Sequence record: DRR378314_251
Strand: one strand, 5' to 3'
Length of the DNA stretch: 64,000 nt
This document shows positions 59,072 through 64,000 of the stretch, piece after piece. A program made the position numbers and the translations under genes. Numbering within the stretch: position 1 is the first letter of the stretch; the number at the start of each line of letters is the position of its first letter. The notes under the pieces were generated by a model. That model had not been told where the DNA came from. It searched no databases and worked only from the letters and a program-made list of their open reading frames with translations.

Positions 59072-59779
59072 ATGAAACTCCATCTAGATGCTGATCGCCT
59101 GCCTGCGATCAAGCGACGCCTCCGTGAGGCGTTTCCAAGTTCCAAACCTTCTGTCCGGATCGAAGCATTTGCAAGAGGGATCGACTTCAAGACCCATGCA
59201 GCGCACCTGTCCGCACTTCAAAACGGTCCGTTATCAGTCGAACTTAATGACGCCGCGTTTGAGCAATACTTCATAGCGCACAGCGTGCAGCCAGCGCCCC
59301 GAACATTTCGACGTGCAGTTATCAGAGCGTGCATCGAACCTTTGCTTAAGACCAATTGGCGTCTAACAACGCACGGATATGGCGTACCTGACAGCTATGG
59401 CAGATCAGGACCTCTCCACACGGAAGAAATGGCCCGCTCTCGCGCCGCCTTCTTCGACGATCGCTGTTGCGACCAGTTCGAATTGGCGCTTCTCTTTCTT
59501 CAGAATTGCGACAAGCGGAAAACGCTTAATCGCAATGCTTCATCCTACGGAATGAAGCACACCGCAGAAAACATTTCGCGAGAGTTTGGCGTCAGAACGG
59601 ATCTTGGCAATTATGTCGCCAATGGCTTGTTCATCGCAGCGGCCACCTATGACGGCTATGAATTGCGACCGGTCGATACGTTCTCGCTCAACGCCTATTT
59701 GAACATCTCAGAAGGTAGCCGGAAGCTGTTCAAGGACCGCGACTGGGTGCGCCACCGCCTCACAGGCCAACCGATTTGA
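59072..59779 (+). CDS. Hypothetical protein (235 aa)
   Basis: RBS AAGGA; motif SSYGMKHTAE...YVANGLFIAAA, which I recall from mobile-element hypotheticals. Confidence 0.7.
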   Translation: MKLHLDADRLPAIKRRLREAFPSSKPSVRIEAFARGIDFKTHAAHLSALQNGPLSVELNDAAFEQYFIAHSVQPAPRTFRRAVIRACIEPLLKTNWRLTTHGYGVPDSYGRSGPLHTEEMARSRAAFFDDRCCDQFELALLFLQNCDKRKTLNRNASSYGMKHTAENISREFGVRTDLGNYVANGLFIAAATYDGYELRPVDTFSLNAYLNISEGSRKLFKDRDWVRHRLTGQPI

Positions 59780-59815
59780 TCACCGGCGAGTTAGTGTAAG
59801 ACAGACATACTGAGA

Positions 59816-60688
59816 TCATTCTTCGGTTATGGTGTACCACTCTGTGATCGCGCCATTTTTGCGTGTCACCTGCAATCTGAAGAAGGCATAAAGCTCGTCT
59901 TCGAGTTCTTCCGAATATTCAGGGTGAACTGGCTCCCAAACCCCACGGGCAAAACCAAAGCTTCGGCTTGCCGACGAAAAATACTGATGGGCGGCGACTC
60001 GCGCACAATACATATTGTAGACGAACTGCGGAGAGTGGGACTGATTGTCGCGATCTCGTATCTTGATCCACAAATCCTGATACTCGGCCAATTGCTCGTC
60101 GGAGAGAAGTCGGTTGAAAAAGATCAGATACGCTCTTTCCTGAAGAGCTAACCAGAAGACTCCCGACTCATGATGGAGCGTGTAATAGAAATCGGGATCA
60201 TCAAACAGGTAGTCCAACTCGATGATCGAAAAGACTGGCGTGTTTTGGAATGCTCCTCCGCTGAGCAACTGTTCAGAGAGATGCCAAAACGCTTCCAGGT
60301 CCTGCTCGTAGTCCCACAGCGTTTGGTTTTGACTCTTTCCCGGTTGGGTCCGATCAAGGTCGTGACCAAATTCGTAGAAGCGAAGGCCAACTATGATTTT
60401 CAAGCACCAAATCCAGAGCAGCTCAGGGGTGTACCGGTCCCGTGACATCGGCCTTTCCAGCAAACGATCGAATAGATCGTTGCAGGCTTTGTGCACCCGT
60501 AACTTGTGACTTCCCAAGCGTTGGCGAACGCGCTGCAACCCATGTGTCGTTGCGAACTGCCCATTTTTTGAGAACCGACCCAGTATCCAACTCGGTATAA
60601 TATGTTCTTCATTCAACGGTTCGCCGGAATCAAGCGTCTCGCCGCACAGAAAACAAAGACGATTAGGGTCAGGAATTTCTGTCGCCAT
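59816..60688 (-). CDS. HNH-like endonuclease domain protein
   Basis: CFLCG...EEHIIPSWI...VHKACND, a Zn-binding HNH pattern. Confidence 0.7.
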   Translation of the reverse strand: MATEIPDPNRLCFLCGETLDSGEPLNEEHIIPSWILGRFSKNGQFATTHGLQRVRQRLGSHKLRVHKACNDLFDRLLERPMSRDRYTPELLWIWCLKIIVGLRFYEFGHDLDRTQPGKSQNQTLWDYEQDLEAFWHLSEQLLSGGAFQNTPVFSIIELDYLFDDPDFYYTLHHESGVFWLALQERAYLIFFNRLLSDEQLAEYQDLWIKIRDRDNQSHSPQFVYNMYCARVAAHQYFSSASRSFGFARGVWEPVHPEYSEELEDELYAFFRLQVTRKNGAITEWYTITEE

Positions 60689-60761
60689 ACAGGCTGTTTA
60701 CGAGTTGCTGGTAAATGCTTGATTTCGAACCAGCTGTTTTAGTGCGCGATTGACTTTCCTG

Positions 60762-61316
60762 ATGACCAATACGCTTACTGCCAACGACAAAAAACTGATC
60801 AAATTTTTTCAGTACATCCATGACTTGGAACAGGCGCATTCAGCGCTAATTTTTCTTTCGGACATCGACGCCGGTCAGTACCAGGATAAGCCCTACCGAC
60901 GCAGATTCATGTGCTATGATACCGCCTTCGTTGTTTGCTACGCCCGTCCATTCCTAAGGCAAAAAGGCGATGGATTTCCGAAACTGTCAGCCAAGGCAGT
61001 CGGGCTTGAACTATCGGACGATGAAAGGATGCTGCACGATAAGATAATAACGGGACGTCATAAGCGCGTGGCACACGGGGATATCGAAGCAACGGCCCTT
61101 AAGGTCTCTGGCGCCCTCGTTGAACGTAATGGCGAGAGATACCATCTACCGATACCGACTTATGATGAACCGCTTCTAACCCATGTGTGGGGCTTAGAAG
61201 ACATCACTAAGCTCACAAGAAAGTGGCTTCGCGCAATTGCGAACTGGGCAAGCGACCGAGTGCAGATCGACGGCGGCATCGACATACTCGTCAGCCCCAA
61301 AGTCGACATTCTCTGA
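60762..61316 (+). CDS. HEPN-like domain protein
   Basis: Helical protein with VVCYARPF and LHDKIITGRHKRVAH (R-x5-H). Confidence 0.6.
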   Translation: MTNTLTANDKKLIKFFQYIHDLEQAHSALIFLSDIDAGQYQDKPYRRRFMCYDTAFVVCYARPFLRQKGDGFPKLSAKAVGLELSDDERMLHDKIITGRHKRVAHGDIEATALKVSGALVERNGERYHLPIPTYDEPLLTHVWGLEDITKLTRKWLRAIANWASDRVQIDGGIDILVSPKVDIL

Positions 61317-61694
61317 AACGGGTTCGAGCGAGGTAGATTTGCATTTGCTCTCCCGCATGCCGGAACGCCACCACGCCGTCATCAAAAGTGACTTACGAGT
61401 GGCCCAAGGTGAGAAGCGAGCGGGAAATGCCAAACCCGGAAAGGGCGAGCAAACTCCAGCAAGCGACTGAACTTAATCCGTGGTGGCGATTGAGTTTATC
61501 TTCGTTCAGCGCGCTGCGCGGACGCCCAATTTTGTACACGATAGAGGCATTTGGAGAGCTGAAATGAAGTCTCAAGTATCGTTCGATTTCTTTGCGCCTA
61601 ATTGTCGGTAGCGGGATGTTTTGTAAAAACCAGCGCACACGGAGCGCGCACGAATCCTATAACCATTTGTATTTTTTACTTTTTACTCCAGTCA

Positions 61695-61955
61695 ATCATG
61701 GGTGAAATGCTCGAAGAGGCGGCGATCCTAGCTCATATGCCGGCCCAGCATCGGCTCGCGGTAATTTTGGTTCCGGCTCCAGAGAATGTGATGATGGGCC
61801 CGGGAGACGACCCGGATGGCATCGAGTTGGACAAAGCCGAGCCCCTTGACCAAGGCATCGAGATCGAGCGGGCCGGTCGGCGTGGGTGCGAGCCCCTGGC
61901 CCGAGAGCCAGAGGCGCCGGGCGTCCTGGTTCGAGATGCGCAATCGTCTTGTCAT
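61695..61955 (-). pseudogene. ycaQ: N-terminal part of a YcaQ/AlkZ-family DNA glycosylase
   Basis: LGFVQLDAIRVVSRAHHHILWSR (QxD catalytic motif). After the TAG at 61728 the frame continues DRRLFEHFTHD, then homology stops. Confidence 0.85.
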
Positions 61956-62029
61956 CGAGGGAGCGTCCCGAACCGGGCCCGGCGGAAAGGCGTGGATGCC
62001 GACCTGAGGCGAAGAAAGGCTGTCATCTC

Positions 62030-62496
62030 CTAGAACAGGCTACCCTGAAGCGGGTCGGCCTTGGCGGCTGCGGGCGTGTCTTCGGGCGCCATCTGCCAGC
62101 TGCCATGATCTTCGAACGGGGTCAGGATGGACTGGACCTGCTCCGGGCTGGATGGCGTTTCGCCGAGCCATGTCGGGATGTGATCGGGATTGAGGACTGC
62201 CGCCATGCGCTTGTCGGGATCCCCGGTGACGAATTGGGAAATGCCCTCATTGGCCTCGGTCGTGCACATGACGAATTCCGGTTCCGAGCCGGGCACGTCC
62301 CGGAACAGGACGGCGATGGCAAGGCGCGTATCGTCCTTCGGCCGGATCGTCCATTGCCGGGTCCGCGTATTCCCGGTCGGGGTGACGCGGTCGGCATCGC
62401 AATCTCTTCCGGCTGATTGCTGGCGCGCGCCGTCAGCGGCTCGGAGAAATCATGCACATCTGCCCAGCTGGCAAAATATCGAAACTTTCCACACAT
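62030..62496 (-). pseudogene. SOS response-associated peptidase (SRAP/YedK) with internal deletion and frameshift
   Basis: Starts MCGKF (catalytic Cys2). Near 62395 it switches frame to RQWTIRPKD...FVMCTTEAN...KRMAAVL...QGSLF. Only 467 bp long. Confidence 0.75.
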
Positions 62497-62586
62497 GAAT
62501 CGAGCTTGGCACGCCAGACAGGCCCGGAAAAGCCCTTCAGGCCGCTCTCGCATGTCGGCCAGATTCCACGACCGATCCCTGACGGG

Positions 62587-63003
62587 TCAGGTCGAGGCGG
62601 CTTTCCTGAGGATCGCGCCGAGGACACCGGCCACAGCTCCGAGCCCGACAGCGGGCTTCACGATGTGGGCAAGCTCGCCTTCGGTGCTGATCAGCAACGC
62701 AGCGCCTGCGATCAACGCCAGACTGGTCAGACTTCCCATTGCCGCGCCGGTTGCGATAGCCAACCAGGTCGGAAGCTTCCACGACACCCGTTTCAGAACG
62801 ATACCCACCAACGCAAGGCCGACACCCCAGACAAGCGTCCAGGCAGTCGTCAGGCCAATCGAAACGATTGTGATCGTGGCAATTATGAAAGGATCCGACA
62901 GGTCTTCTGGTGCCCGCCTGTGCAGCACCCCAACGAATACACCAGCAAGCGCCGCGCTCAGGATCATGACAAGGATGAGGGACGCATAGCGAGCGCGCAT
63001 CAC
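62587..63003 (-). CDS. Small integral membrane protein (about 4 TM)
   Basis: Hydrophobic 138-aa ORF; its start overlaps the stop of the upstream TPR gene. Confidence 0.65.
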   Translation of the reverse strand: MMRARYASLILVMILSAALAGVFVGVLHRRAPEDLSDPFIIATITIVSIGLTTAWTLVWGVGLALVGIVLKRVSWKLPTWLAIATGAAMGSLTSLALIAGAALLISTEGELAHIVKPAVGLGAVAGVLGAILRKAAST

Positions 63004-64000
63004 CGTCTCGACCGGAAGCGGCTTTCGCGCACCTTGTCTTCAACGAGCTTGGTGGGAACAAGCGGCATCTTTTGAGACACTTCCTCAACGTCACTCAGAG
63101 AAGACATGCGCAACACTGTTACCTCACACTGGCGCGCCGCGGCGGGCTGCTGCGCAACAACCGCATTCACCTCGATAATATTATTTACCGCCTGCCCGCA
63201 AACCCGAATGAGTTGGTCTGACGGCCTGAGGAAACTCGGGCTGGGATAGCCATTGACCTCGACAACACGCAGATTGCTCGTCCATTCATCGACCAAATAG
63301 ATATCCGCGATCGTCTGCTTCCCCTTCGCCCGGTCCTGAACAACAAGCGATCTCAATCGATCAGCGCCCTCCCTGAGCGCGATCGTCGTATAGAATTCTC
63401 CGGCTTCTTCACTTTTGCCTTCAGCTTCCGCAATCTTCCCCAGCCAGTAATATGCATTGTCCGCGGCGTTGCGATCAGGATAGAGCTCCGTCACCTGATC
63501 GAAGTACGCTCTCGCCTCATCATAGTCTTCAAGTCGGAACGCCTGCCAGCCGAGTTCGGCCAGGATATCATCGCGCAGCGCATGGTCGGAAATTTCAGCA
63601 ATGAAACGTTCCATGAAATGCTGCGACTCTTCGTAATCGCGCTTCTGACGCGCAATTGACGCGATGAGATAGAAGGCTTTCCCCTTCAATGAATCCCCCG
63701 GTTTCCTTGCAAGGCATAGTTTCAATGGCTCCCGGAGTCGTCTCTCCATTCCGATCGCGTACAAGGCGTCACAATCCATGTCTTCCTGCTTCGCAAAGGC
63801 GTCCTGAGCTAGGGCGAGCATAGCGCCCGCACTGCTCGGCGCATGTCCTGCGTTCGCACTCAGGAACTCACCAATCTTGAACAATTCAGTCGCCCGAGAT
63901 CGGTCCCAGGTTTCGATCGAAGACAGCGCTTCGCTCGAGACGATATTGAGCAACTCATCGACAAGCGCATCGTCAAATGCAGATCCAGCCTCCGGCCCTG
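63000..64000 (-). CDS. TPR-repeat protein with C-terminal PDZ-like domain, 5' end outside the window
   Basis: TPRs (YDEARAYFDQVTELYP, NAYYWLGKIA), then VVEV...LRPSDQLIRVCGQAV...VTVLR. The frame is open to the window edge. Confidence 0.7.
   Translation of the reverse strand, partial: GPEAGSAFDDALVDELLNIVSSEALSSIETWDRSRATELFKIGEFLSANAGHAPSSAGAMLALAQDAFAKQEDMDCDALYAIGMERRLREPLKLCLARKPGDSLKGKAFYLIASIARQKRDYEESQHFMERFIAEISDHALRDDILAELGWQAFRLEDYDEARAYFDQVTELYPDRNAADNAYYWLGKIAEAEGKSEEAGEFYTTIALREGADRLRSLVVQDRAKGKQTIADIYLVDEWTSNLRVVEVNGYPSPSFLRPSDQLIRVCGQAVNNIIEVNAVVAQQPAAARQCEVTVLRMSSLSDVEEVSQKMPLVPTKLVEDKVRESRFRSRR

Noticed and set aside
33325-61694. Programmed excision that restores ycaQ (skin/nifD-like element)
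   Set aside because: No recombinase or flanking direct repeats are seen, part of the gene appears missing, and the 5' half has a nonsense codon.
1-64000. CRISPR arrays, tRNA/rRNA genes, additional lasso precursors
   Set aside because: No regularly spaced repeats, cloverleaf or rRNA signatures, or second leader motif were seen by eye; a computational scan would be needed to exclude them fully.

Overview
Accessory, mosaic region of a GC-rich alphaproteobacterium. The style of the TonB receptors and the gene content suggest Hyphomonadaceae/Caulobacterales, but this is inference. From left to right: (1) an AraC-regulated acyl-CoA catabolic cluster (class III CoA-transferase, MFS, TonB receptor, CoA ligase) with a shared 16-bp upstream motif; (2) a 1415-aa nuclease-STAND NTPase; (3) a complete lasso peptide locus. 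Its 51-aa precursor (15813-15968, core GRILQPMEFGVSFTSRDEAG) is missing from the ORF track. The locus also has B and C maturases, a convergent isopeptidase, a TonB transducer and FecI/FecR, and it is preceded by a co-oriented TPR-LicD nucleotidyltransferase that is a candidate new tailoring enzyme; (4) 3.8 kb containing decayed toxin/nuclease/lysozyme fragments wedged between the receptor and fecR; (5) a trpS preceded by a Trp-Trp leader-peptide attenuator; (6) a ycaQ-family glycosylase gene broken into two pieces about 28.4 kb apart. The block between them starts with an IS6 remnant and carries a myo-inositol catabolic cluster with sulfatase, FGE and TonB receptor, plus a defence-like island (DUF5677, AbiEi-AbiEii coupled to a NERD-STAND NTPase, HNH, HEPN); (7) a decayed SRAP gene and a partial TPR protein. 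No rRNA, tRNA, CRISPR array or intact integrase/transposase was seen. All family assignments come from motif recognition by eye, not database searches.
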